Shown here in pieces: positions 7,050 through 15,158 of a stretch of 28,180 nt of DNA. The translations under genes and the position numbers were made by a program. The stretch is from the IMG/VR virus record IMGVR_UViG_3300021516_000014, positions 1 to 28,180 of that record; one strand, given 5' to 3'. The notes beneath the pieces were generated by a model. The model was not told the DNA's origin. It saw only the letters and a list, made by a program, of their open reading frames with translations, and searched no databases. This DNA is from a virus. Lineage: Duplodnaviria; Caudoviricetes. Numbering within the stretch: the first letter of the stretch is position 1; every line of letters starts with the position of its first letter.

Positions 7050-8864
7050 ATGACAACCCCTTCGATTCAAACCCTTATTACGCAGGCTCAACAGGTTCTA
7101 AACCTGAAGTCTACCAATGAGATCCGCGCCACGCTTGCCGCCGTACTTGCTAACGCAAACGTCGGCACACCGCTCAATCCGAACCTGACCACGCAACAGC
7201 TGTGGGACGAGTTCTATGAAATCGTTCGCCAGCCAAGCGACGACATCATGTCGATCGTCGTCGATCAGATGATGCGGATGGTGTTCTCCCCGCCGGCCCC
7301 CGGTGGTGCTGGTGCGGACAAGCAGGTGATTTTTAATGACATGGGGGTGTTGGCGGGAGACCCCGGTCTGGTTTACAACAAAACAACTGATGCGCTGACC
7401 GTTGTCGGACTCGTTACCGCTGGCTCCGCCACCATCACCGGCGATCTGACGGTGCGGACGGATAAACTGAAGGTTACGAGTACGGGTGTGGGTTTTGGCA
7501 CAACGACTCCGACTGGTGTTGCTGATTTTCTTAGCGCTGTTATTGGAAACTCCAATGTGCTAACCATTGGTAACAACGAGTACGGAGCCGCGACGTATCT
7601 CAACAGCAATTCCGTTTCGCTCACGTTTAATCGCGGCACGTCCTTCAAGACCGGAGCTGTTGTCTCTTCTAACGTAACAAGCGGAAACCTGTCGGAAGGT
7701 TACATTGCGTTTCAGACTTCTACTTCAAATGTGCTTACCGAGCGGTATCGCATTGACAATGTTGGCAACAGCATTTGGTCCGTAGCTGGCACCACCGCCA
7801 TGACCCTCAACTCTACGGGGTTGGGCGTGGGGGTTACGCCTGCTGCTGGTGATGGTTCTGGTATTTTTAAAGCCGCTGGAACCGGTGCCTTAACCGCAAG
7901 CACTCGGGTTGGTCTTGATGTCCGAGAATTAACTTCCGGCAATCAGGCTGGTCTAATTTTTGGAGCAATGACCACCGAGAATACCGGCGTCATCGGTTCT
8001 CGTACTGCGAGCGGAAACATCGCTTTCCAGACGTTCAATGGTGCGTCTTGGGGAGAGCGGATGCGGATTGATTACCTCGGCAACGTCGGCGTGGGGGTTA
8101 CGCCGAGTGCGTGGGGTTCTAGCTACAAAGCTGTTCAATTGACTGGCGGTGTTTTAACTTCTTATGTAAATGGAACAATAGCCGTCATTCAGAATTCCTA
8201 TGATACTACGGCTGGAACATTCAGATATGTTGTCGCTGCGTCTTCACCCGCATCATTTTATCAACAATTTAATGGCGCACATGAATGGTCTAACGCTTCT
8301 GCCGGAACCGCTGGAAACCTAATCAATGGAACTGGAGCATGGACATCCAGAATGACCCTCGATGCGAGTGGGAATTTGCTGGTGGGGACGACAGCGGTTG
8401 GAATGACTGCTGGTGGTGTTCGCTTAAAAAATGGTGGCGGAAATCTTGGTGAAATAACCCTATCTAATAATAGTGGAGCCGCAGATTACGTTGCTCGTTT
8501 TGTTTGGGGTTCAGGTGCTACGTTAGTTGGAAACATAACCGTTTCTTCAGTTGCCACTGTCTACAACACAATTTCCGATTATCGTCTGAAGGAAGCCGTA
8601 AAACCGCTAAACGGAGGTTTGGCTCGCGTCAATGCGCTAAAGCCTTCCGTTTATAACTGGAAGTCTGATGGTTCGACCGGAGAAGGTTTCTTGGCCCACG
8701 AACTGGCCGAAGTGGTTCCTGCTGCTGTGACTGGAGAAAAAGATGCCCTGAACGCAGACGGAAGCATTAAGTCTCAGGGCATTGATATGTCCCGAGTCGT
8801 CCCCATCTTGGTTGCAGCCATCCAAGAACTTACCGCCCGCGTCCAAACCCTCGAATCCCGCTAA
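7050..8864 (+). CDS. Fibre protein with repeated beta modules and C-terminal intramolecular chaperone (Peptidase_S74)
   Basis: Repeats ERYRIDNVGN, ERMRIDYLGNVGVGVTP and RMTLDASGNLLVGTT. Autocleavage motif ISDYRLKE, GFLAHELAEVVP.AV and terminal coiled coil LVAAIQELTARVQTLE. Confidence 0.9.
   Translation: MTTPSIQTLITQAQQVLNLKSTNEIRATLAAVLANANVGTPLNPNLTTQQLWDEFYEIVRQPSDDIMSIVVDQMMRMVFSPPAPGGAGADKQVIFNDMGVLAGDPGLVYNKTTDALTVVGLVTAGSATITGDLTVRTDKLKVTSTGVGFGTTTPTGVADFLSAVIGNSNVLTIGNNEYGAATYLNSNSVSLTFNRGTSFKTGAVVSSNVTSGNLSEGYIAFQTSTSNVLTERYRIDNVGNSIWSVAGTTAMTLNSTGLGVGVTPAAGDGSGIFKAAGTGALTASTRVGLDVRELTSGNQAGLIFGAMTTENTGVIGSRTASGNIAFQTFNGASWGERMRIDYLGNVGVGVTPSAWGSSYKAVQLTGGVLTSYVNGTIAVIQNSYDTTAGTFRYVVAASSPASFYQQFNGAHEWSNASAGTAGNLINGTGAWTSRMTLDASGNLLVGTTAVGMTAGGVRLKNGGGNLGEITLSNNSGAADYVARFVWGSGATLVGNITVSSVATVYNTISDYRLKEAVKPLNGGLARVNALKPSVYNWKSDGSTGEGFLAHELAEVVPAAVTGEKDALNADGSIKSQGIDMSRVVPILVAAIQELTARVQTLESR
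7824..7840 (+). repeat. 17-bp direct repeat copy 1 (GGCGTGGGGGTTACGCC)
   Basis: Exact match to 8088-8104; self-complementary ends GGCGT/ACGCC. Confidence 0.9.
8088..8104 (+). repeat. 17-bp direct repeat copy 2 (GGCGTGGGGGTTACGCC)
   Basis: Exact match to 7824-7840, 264 bp downstream and in frame. Confidence 0.9.
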
Positions 8865-8867
8865 TTT

Positions 8868-9275
8868 ATGACCATCCTCTGGATCATCGAACGCCTTCTC
8901 GTTAAGCCCACCGAAGGCTCCCTCACCGATGTCGTAATCACCGCCGATTGGCGATGCAACGGCACTCAGGATCAATACAGCGGCACCTGCTACGGCTCCT
9001 GCTCGTTCCAGCCGCCGAGTGGTGAGTTCACGCCTTACGAAGACCTGACCGAGCAGCAAGTCCTAGACTGGTGCTTCGCCAATGGAGTCGATCAAGCGGC
9101 TATTGAGGCGAACGTGACGCAGCAGATCAACGACCAGATCAATCCGCCGGTGATTGCTCCGCCGTTGCCGTGGGTGCCGGTGCCGCCTCCTGAAGTCGTT
9201 CCTCCGTTGATCGAGCAGGCTGTGCCGGTTTTGGTTGCGGAGCCTGTGGTTATCGCTGACGCTCCCTCCGCATGA
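8868..9275 (+). CDS. Fibre-associated hypothetical protein
   Basis: 135 aa with DVVITADWRC...FTPYEDLTEQQVLDW...PLPW, a pattern typical of genes following S74 fibres in aquatic phages. Pro-rich tail. Confidence 0.8.
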   Translation: MTILWIIERLLVKPTEGSLTDVVITADWRCNGTQDQYSGTCYGSCSFQPPSGEFTPYEDLTEQQVLDWCFANGVDQAAIEANVTQQINDQINPPVIAPPLPWVPVPPPEVVPPLIEQAVPVLVAEPVVIADAPSA

Positions 9276-9421
9276 TCAAGATCGAACTCACTCAGGAGCA
9301 GGCCAACAGCCTCCTCCAACTCATCGACATTGCCATCAAGGCCGGTGGCTACCAAAACGCCAAGGTGGGCGTTCCTTTGGCCGACATCATCCTCGCAGCC
9401 GCACAGCCTAAATCCGAGTAA
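9272..9421 (+). CDS. Small hypothetical protein (49 aa)
   Basis: Below the ORF-track cutoff: MIKIELTQEQANSLLQLIDIAIKAGGYQNAKVGVPLADIILAAAQPKSE. ATGA overlap upstream, TAATG overlap downstream. Confidence 0.75.
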   Translation: MIKIELTQEQANSLLQLIDIAIKAGGYQNAKVGVPLADIILAAAQPKSE

Positions 9422-9591
9422 TGGAACCAACGAACAGCAGCACCAGCCCTGGACTTAGCCTAGCAGCAGCGGCAGGTGCCACCGCTGTTTCGTTTATTCC
9501 AGTACTGACCGACTGGGTTCGCCTTATCACCGCGCTGATTGGCTTGGCCTGCGCCATCTATGCCGCATATCGATTATTCCGCTCAAAATGA
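9421..9591 (+). CDS. Small membrane protein, holin/antiholin-like (56 aa)
   Basis: MEPTNSSTSPGLSLAAAAGATAVSFIPVLTDWVRLITALIGLACAIYAAYRLFRSK: two hydrophobic segments and a basic C-terminus. Translationally coupled on both sides. Confidence 0.65.
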   Translation: MEPTNSSTSPGLSLAAAAGATAVSFIPVLTDWVRLITALIGLACAIYAAYRLFRSK

Positions 9592-9785
9592 AAAACACGA
9601 AAACAACTCTTGCCGGTGTAGGTGCCATTCTCGTCGCTGTCGGTGGTGCCCTTCGGGCTGCCTTCGACGGTGACGCAAGCACCAACATCGACATCGCTTC
9701 GACCATCGCCGCGGTCACTGCTGGCATTGGCCTTATCATGGCCAAGGACGCCAACGAAAAGACTCCTGTCGTTCCTCCGGTTTGA
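9588..9785 (+). CDS. Putative holin (2 TM)
   Basis: 65 aa. KTTLAGVGAILVAVGG and IAAVTAGIGLIMAKDA hydrophobic helices. Confidence 0.65.
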   Translation: MKNTKTTLAGVGAILVAVGGALRAAFDGDASTNIDIASTIAAVTAGIGLIMAKDANEKTPVVPPV

Positions 9786-9949
9786 ACTGGATCTACCAAC
9801 TCGTGAAGGCTCTCCTGGATTTTCTCCGGGAGACGCCTGCACCAAAAGTAGAAGATGGAAATGCGCCAAAGCCTCTCAAATCTGATCTGGCTGCTCGTGT
9901 TGCCAATCTGCCTGGGTTGCCAGCAGACAAAAGTAATCCTCGTTCCTAG
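9782..9949 (+). CDS. Putative i-spanin-like / amphipathic small protein (55 aa, TTG start)
   Basis: TTGA overlap with the holin stop. MNWIYQLVKALLDFLRETPAPKVEDGNAPKPLKSDLAARVANLPGLPADKSNPRS. Overlaps the lipoprotein gene in another frame, as Rz/Rz1 do. Confidence 0.5.
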   Translation: MNWIYQLVKALLDFLRETPAPKVEDGNAPKPLKSDLAARVANLPGLPADKSNPRS

Positions 9950-10079
9950 CGGTGATCCGGTGATGCTAGCAGAGCCCGTCCGCGCTCACGTCTACGCGTT
10001 TGACAAGGACGGCAAGCTATCTGGCCCGAGTCGGGTTACCCTTCCAGCTGGGTGGTACGTACTGCCGAAAGCCAAATGA
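9855..10079 (+). CDS. Putative o-spanin (Rz1-like lipoprotein)
   Basis: Signal peptide LIWLLVLPICLG|C with a lipobox-like Cys and a Pro-containing mature part. Start could be 9855 or 9861. Confidence 0.65.
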   Translation: MEMRQSLSNLIWLLVLPICLGCQQTKVILVPSGDPVMLAEPVRAHVYAFDKDGKLSGPSRVTLPAGWYVLPKAK

Positions 10080-10321
10080 TCACCTACCGAGGCCAGAAAT
10101 TTGCCGGGTACAACAAGCCGAAATCAACCCCGGGGGCCTCGAAGAAGTCTGCTGTGTTGGCCAAGGAGGGCGGTCAGGTGAAGCTCGTGCGCTTTGGTGA
10201 TCCGAACATGAGCATCAAGAAGCACATTCCAGAGCGTCTTAAAAGCTTTCGTGCCCGGCATGGTTGTGACACACCGGGCACGAAGTTATCTGCGAAGTAT
10301 TGGAGTTGCCGCGCCTGGTGA
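10076..10321 (+). CDS. Conserved basic phage protein of unknown function (RFGDP...RKSFRARHxC...YWSC type)
   Basis: Start MITYRG at 10076 with ATGA overlap. KLVRFGDPNM...KSFRARHGCD...AKYWSCRAW is a widespread phage DUF pattern. Confidence 0.8.
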   Translation: MITYRGQKFAGYNKPKSTPGASKKSAVLAKEGGQVKLVRFGDPNMSIKKHIPERLKSFRARHGCDTPGTKLSAKYWSCRAW

Positions 10322-11569
10322 TCAGTACGCCGACGGCAACTCGTCGATCGCGTCTTCAGCGCTCTTAGGAGCGATGCGCGTCGCAGTCGAGGTTCCCTCA
10401 CCCTGACCGGGTTCAGAGGATCGGACCTTTCCAACCTTCTTCTCCAGCTCCGCCACCTTTTGCTGAAGACGGATTACTCGCAGGCGCTCACGGCCGTAGG
10501 CCCGAGCACGTAGTGCAACCTGAGCCTGAGCCTTCGTAATGAGGTCAACCTTGTCCTCGTAGCCCATGTCAGCATCGACGCCCTCGCCTTTCAGCGCGAT
10601 TCGGATCAGCCGATCACTCTCGTCCAGGAGCTTGTTGCCATCATCGTCACCATCTTCCCTGCCGAACAGCTGCGGGTGGCTCTTTTCGTAATCCGAGAAC
10701 TGCGATTCAAACAGCTCACGCGAGCGAGACTGACGTCCTTCTACCTGCTTCGATCGCTCAACCTCACGCTGCGCTCCCTTCTCCTTCCATTCAGCGATGG
10801 ACTTGTCGCGAGACTGAGTGAGTTCGAGTAACCGACGGCGGTGGGCCATGATCTCGGGCGCAGCTGGCCCGAACGTCTCCTGAGCGATGATCGCGGCCTT
10901 GGCGACCGGCACATTTAGAATCGCCATGATGTCATGGTGACTAGCGTCGCGCTCAGTGCCATCGGCATCAGTGACGCGGATTCCGTCAATATCGCCCAGG
11001 GCGGTCTGCCACGCTTCGCGCAGAGGGGTCTCGTACTTCTGCTTGTACTCACCGGAACGCGTGTAGTTCAGATACCGCACCTCGGTGTCCAGCTCCTCGG
11101 CGTTCTTCCGGATGGAATCCATCTCGGCCTTCAGCGACTTGGTAGCCTCTTCAACTTCCTTCCGAGTGCCTTCGGACCTAGCGCGCTCAAGCTCAGAGAC
11201 CTTGGCCGCGAAATCGTCGCGCTCTTTCTTGGTCAAGTCGTACTGCTCACGGAACTGCTTGATAGACGTGGGCTCAGGCTTGGCGGGCTCAGCCTTAGTG
11301 GCCGGCGTTGGTTCATCCTTCTTGGCAGTAAACTTATCGAGGTTGAAGAAATCCTCGTTCTTGGGCTTAGCAAGGTCAGCAGGGGCAGGCGCCTGAACTT
11401 CTGGCGCGGATACCGCAGGCGCAGGAGCTACCTCTTGAGGAGCCTGCTGGGACTGTGATCCCATTGGGTTGTCTAGCCCACTGCCTTCAATGGCGTCGAT
11501 TCCCGCAAATGCGTCAGCGTAATCCGCCCCGCGATCAGTTGGAGCATCAGGTGATAATAGGATTCTCAT
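10322..11569 (-). CDS. Putative capsid scaffolding protein
   Basis: 415 aa with an acidic Pro/Ala-rich N-terminus and long coiled-coil stretches. Lies two genes downstream of the portal, the usual podovirus scaffold position. Confidence 0.55.
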   Translation of the reverse strand: MRILLSPDAPTDRGADYADAFAGIDAIEGSGLDNPMGSQSQQAPQEVAPAPAVSAPEVQAPAPADLAKPKNEDFFNLDKFTAKKDEPTPATKAEPAKPEPTSIKQFREQYDLTKKERDDFAAKVSELERARSEGTRKEVEEATKSLKAEMDSIRKNAEELDTEVRYLNYTRSGEYKQKYETPLREAWQTALGDIDGIRVTDADGTERDASHHDIMAILNVPVAKAAIIAQETFGPAAPEIMAHRRRLLELTQSRDKSIAEWKEKGAQREVERSKQVEGRQSRSRELFESQFSDYEKSHPQLFGREDGDDDGNKLLDESDRLIRIALKGEGVDADMGYEDKVDLITKAQAQVALRARAYGRERLRVIRLQQKVAELEKKVGKVRSSEPGQGEGTSTATRIAPKSAEDAIDELPSAY

Positions 11570-11823
11570 TCGAGGTTTTGAGTGGTGGTCGGTTTATCTT
11601 TCCGCATCTCTGCAAGCCCGTTGAGTTCATCAATCAACGCCTTTGCGCCCTGTCTGCGACAGTTTGCATTCCATCCGTGTTGAGGATTCTCTGAGGCTGG
11701 CAGGTTCCAGCAGAAATTATTGAACGCAACGAGTAGGGCAGCCTGTAAGTCCTGATTATCCAGGAGGCGCTTAAGCTCGTTGAGGCGCTGTTGGTTTTTT
11801 TGAAACTCTTGTTTTGGGGTCAT
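11566..11823 (-). CDS. Hypothetical protein between portal and scaffold
   Basis: 85 aa with 4-nt overlaps to both neighbours. RQGAKALIDEL motif. Confidence 0.7.
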   Translation of the reverse strand: MTPKQEFQKNQQRLNELKRLLDNQDLQAALLVAFNNFCWNLPASENPQHGWNANCRRQGAKALIDELNGLAEMRKDKPTTTQNLE

Positions 11824-14093
11824 TGGTTGAGAATATTGGCCTGAGTCTTGAGATCCATGGCGGCGATGTCTGCGCGAGTCAGAGCGCCTTTGCGCTGAGC
11901 TTCAGCGATCGTGCTAGCATTCTTGCGCTGCTGATCTTGATCGAACGCGATCTGCTTCTGAGTCCGCTTCTGCTCGGAGTTTGCAGCAGCAATTTGCGAC
12001 TTGGACTGCGCGGTGATGAGCATCGCCTGGATCTTTGCAGCCGTCTCGGGATCCATTCCGTTTCCAGCTGCGCCGGCTTCGGCCTGAGCCTGAGCCTGCT
12101 CTTGGAGGCGCTGCACGTAGCCCTTGATGTAATTCGACGCCTGGCCGATTCCGTCGTTGTAGACCTTGATGTTCTGCTCCTGGCCCGGGTCCTGGGAGAT
12201 CAACTGAATCTGCTCCTGGATATGCTGGATCACGTTGGCCAATCCCAGCACGCGATCCATCGTGGTCATGCCGCCACCTTCCTTTTCAATGCGGCCAATG
12301 GCGCCACCAAGCATTTGAAGCAGCGTCTGAATGTACTCAGGGCGATTGAGTGCGCTTGCGATAACGACAGGCTGACCGTCGATAAGCGTGCCCCACGCCA
12401 TAGTAGCGCGTTCGACAGCCGGTGAGACCGGCTTGTTGTCGATCGGAGCCAAGCGACTTGCCAGGAGGGGATCATCAGTGTTGGCCTCGACATACATATG
12501 GACAACCTCGGCCTGAGAATCCGGAGCTAGCAGCGGTCGGATAGCCATTAGGCGGTCAGCCTGAGCAATCTCCAGCATCTTGTTGCCGGAACCCATGACG
12601 CGCTCGGGCATGATGTCCCATGCGTCGAGGTTGTTAAACACAGACGGATCCACGCCTTCAGCCTCACACTTGCGGCGGAACGTTTTGCAGTCGGGGTGAT
12701 CGATCGTGCAGAACCGGCGAGCGATTTCACGGTACTGGAACGTCTGCTGGGTGTAGGCGCGAGTCAGCATCGAGCCCATCAACGCGTTGGCGTTGTTTAC
12801 GCGAGCCATCACCTCGGTAGCGGTCAGCTCCTTAGAAGAGCCATCGTTCACGTCTTGAGTGTAGGCCGCGCTGGACTCAGCCATGATCTGCCGGTGCATC
12901 GCCATGGCCCCTGAGAGCATCGTGTAATCAACGACGTGACGTTCAGACTGAGGAACCCAGGAGAGGCCCTCGGGAATCACGCCCATGTTGAACAGGTCGA
13001 TCTTCTCCATGCGCTCCATATCGCCGTCGGCGACATTACGGAACAGCCAAAGCATCTGCTCGAACACTGAGTCTGTGAACTTACAGCGGAGTCGGTTCTG
13101 AAGGTGGCAGACAGCGTAGAGCAAATAACCCAGCGAACGCACTGAGTGCCAACGAAACGGCGGAACCACAGCGCCATCAGCGAACTGAATGTGCATCAGC
13201 TCGAAGATATCCCGGCCGTAACAGCGGTCGCCGGCATCGAAGAGCCACTGACCAGCGGTCTGCATATTGCCGATTCCGCTGTTGTACTGGTCAACGATGA
13301 TGCGGCGGCGCCAAGAAGGATCGTCGCTGGTCGTGTCTAGGAAGTAGAAATCGTAGCACCGCAGCACCGGAGTCGCATCGGAGCCCCAGTAACCAGAGTT
13401 CTCCTTGAAGTCTTCCTCAATCTTTTCAGGGAAGTATTGGCCGGACCAGTCGTTCACCTGGAGACTCGTAGCCTCGCGCTGAATCATCGCAGCCAGCAGT
13501 TCGTTCACCAGCTTCAGGTTCCAACCGGGATCGACGTTCTCACCGCGAGTCATGCGAATGAGGTCCGCAGCCGTGAAGGAGGTGTAGATCGCGAAGTGCG
13601 ACATATTCTCCATCGTGGTCAGCGTGTTCGTAGGAACCAAAATGTCTTCAGTTCCACGGGCCGACGGGCACCATTCACGGTCACGCAGCCACGTCACCGG
13701 CCCAATGCCGTGAAGAACCGTCGCAGCAAACTGGGATTCCAGGACCGTGGAATACTTCGGAGACCGCTTCATTACGCGGTTCAGTTGCTTCGTGATGATG
13801 TTGCCCCACTCGGTGCGCTTATCCCGGGGGCCGGTATCGAGGCCCACAGAAAAGTAGTTCTGAGGCTTGAGGAACGCGTTGGTAAACTGCTGACGCGCAG
13901 CATGAATAATCCGCGTGCCTTCCAGAAAGTTGACGTTTGTCTGGATTCGGTTGTCGCGAGCCTCCTCTTCGCTGTACGGAGGATTACCGTTAAAGGTAGC
14001 GTTGATGCGTGCTCGATTGCGAGAACGAGGCTGTTCAGCCTCAAGCATTGCGCTGACTACATTCCAGACTCTACTTGGTTCTTTGAAACTCAT
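11820..14093 (-). CDS. Putative portal protein (long, P22-like size, with Gln/Ala-rich helical C-terminus)
   Basis: Likely start MSFKEPSRVW at 14093, 757 aa. KELTATEV motif typical of podovirus portals. Q/A-rich barrel-like tail. Downstream of terminase. Confidence 0.78.
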   Translation of the reverse strand: MSFKEPSRVWNVVSAMLEAEQPRSRNRARINATFNGNPPYSEEEARDNRIQTNVNFLEGTRIIHAARQQFTNAFLKPQNYFSVGLDTGPRDKRTEWGNIITKQLNRVMKRSPKYSTVLESQFAATVLHGIGPVTWLRDREWCPSARGTEDILVPTNTLTTMENMSHFAIYTSFTAADLIRMTRGENVDPGWNLKLVNELLAAMIQREATSLQVNDWSGQYFPEKIEEDFKENSGYWGSDATPVLRCYDFYFLDTTSDDPSWRRRIIVDQYNSGIGNMQTAGQWLFDAGDRCYGRDIFELMHIQFADGAVVPPFRWHSVRSLGYLLYAVCHLQNRLRCKFTDSVFEQMLWLFRNVADGDMERMEKIDLFNMGVIPEGLSWVPQSERHVVDYTMLSGAMAMHRQIMAESSAAYTQDVNDGSSKELTATEVMARVNNANALMGSMLTRAYTQQTFQYREIARRFCTIDHPDCKTFRRKCEAEGVDPSVFNNLDAWDIMPERVMGSGNKMLEIAQADRLMAIRPLLAPDSQAEVVHMYVEANTDDPLLASRLAPIDNKPVSPAVERATMAWGTLIDGQPVVIASALNRPEYIQTLLQMLGGAIGRIEKEGGGMTTMDRVLGLANVIQHIQEQIQLISQDPGQEQNIKVYNDGIGQASNYIKGYVQRLQEQAQAQAEAGAAGNGMDPETAAKIQAMLITAQSKSQIAAANSEQKRTQKQIAFDQDQQRKNASTIAEAQRKGALTRADIAAMDLKTQANILNQ

Positions 14094-14100
14094 ATTGATC

Positions 14101-14493
14101 TCAGATTGCTTTTCGTTCCTGCGAAATCCAGCATTTATCAGGCATTTCACGATCGCCTAGGTAACTCAATGGCACCCAGACCTTGAGCTTCAGGTAACAG
14201 CCGCAGACTTCGCAGGTGCCAGCATTAGACTCACCTTGAAGGATCATAGCCATGTCGTGGCGCAGCTGCTCCTGCTCAATGATAACTTCAGCGACAGTCT
14301 TCTCGATCGCATCTGGCTTGGTGGGTTTGTTATGCAGGCAGTGCAGACACGTATCAAGACGATGCTGCGCTACTGAGCGATCAACGGGAATGCCACCATC
14401 GCCCAGCCATTCCGCAAGAATCCTGACGCCTTGCGCTGTGTTTTTAACCCTTTCCACCGCACGAGCGACAGCCTGATACCCTTGGTTGAGCAT
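14101..14493 (-). CDS. Hypothetical Cys-motif (putative Zn-binding) protein
   Basis: Likely start MLNQGY at 14493. RLDTCLHC...CEVCGCYLKLKVW...KCW. Confidence 0.7.
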   Translation of the reverse strand: MLNQGYQAVARAVERVKNTAQGVRILAEWLGDGGIPVDRSVAQHRLDTCLHCLHNKPTKPDAIEKTVAEVIIEQEQLRHDMAMILQGESNAGTCEVCGCYLKLKVWVPLSYLGDREMPDKCWISQERKAI

Positions 14494-14722
14494 TAGTTTG
14501 AGTGGATTGAGTTGTTGTTTGCTGGGGAAAACGAGCTTTTGTGTAGGCTTCCAAATCACTAACCGCTTGTTCAAATGACGATGGAAGGTGATTAGCAACC
14601 CGGTGCTGCTGGATCAATCGAGCCATCGAATAAAAATCGTAATTCATCGGGTTTGGCGCGGTCCACTTGGTTGCGGGTTCGTAGAACTGCCATCCACCGT
14701 TTGGAAACGTGTTGTAATTCAT
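14444..14722 (-). CDS. Hypothetical protein with C-terminal GCxxCGG
   Basis: 92 aa, FPNGGWQFYEP...GCRSCGGKG. Overlaps the next gene by 50 nt. Confidence 0.7.
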   Translation of the reverse strand: MNYNTFPNGGWQFYEPATKWTAPNPMNYDFYSMARLIQQHRVANHLPSSFEQAVSDLEAYTKARFPQQTTTQSTQTNAQPRVSGCRSCGGKG

Positions 14723-14734
14723 GCTGCCTGATTT

Positions 14735-15154
14735 TTAAAACGGCAGATCATCGGCGTCGAGATCAGGCTTCGGGGCGGTGGGCGCGGTATCCTGACGCGG
14801 CGCGGGCGCGGCACCTTCATCACGTCCCTTAAGGAACTGGAAGGTTTCGATCATAATCCGCGTGGTAGACCGCTTCTCGCCACTCTTCTTGTCGTCCCAC
14901 TCTTCACGGGTCAGACGCCCTTCGACCAACAGCGGGTGGCCTTTCTTGACGTACTGACCGATCGTATCAGCCTGCTTTCCGAATGCCTTGCACTCAGCAA
15001 AGTAAACATCCTCCTTCTCTTCGCCGGCTTCGGTTTTCCAGCGGCGATTCACGGCCAAGCTCAAATTACAGACGGTGGTCCCCTTAGGAAGCGTCTTAAG
15101 TTCAGGGTCGCGAGTGAGGTTTCCGATCAGGATGACTTTGTTGAATGATGCCAT
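14735..15154 (-). CDS. ssb: Single-stranded DNA-binding protein
   Basis: MASFNKVILIGNLTRDPEL...KG..LLVEGRL, with acidic C-terminal DDLPF. Confidence 0.97.
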   Translation of the reverse strand: MASFNKVILIGNLTRDPELKTLPKGTTVCNLSLAVNRRWKTEAGEEKEDVYFAECKAFGKQADTIGQYVKKGHPLLVEGRLTREEWDDKKSGEKRSTTRIMIETFQFLKGRDEGAAPAPRQDTAPTAPKPDLDADDLPF

Positions 15155-15158
15155 AAGG

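Noticed and set aside
7050-8864. Diversity-generating retroelement or invertible shufflon acting on the fibre
   Set aside because: No reverse transcriptase, no TR/VR pair with adenine-specific mismatches, no invertase, and the repeats are direct rather than inverted.
11814-14186. Plus-strand ORFs of 203 aa and 249 aa within the portal region
   Set aside because: Antisense to the portal gene with no recognisable features.
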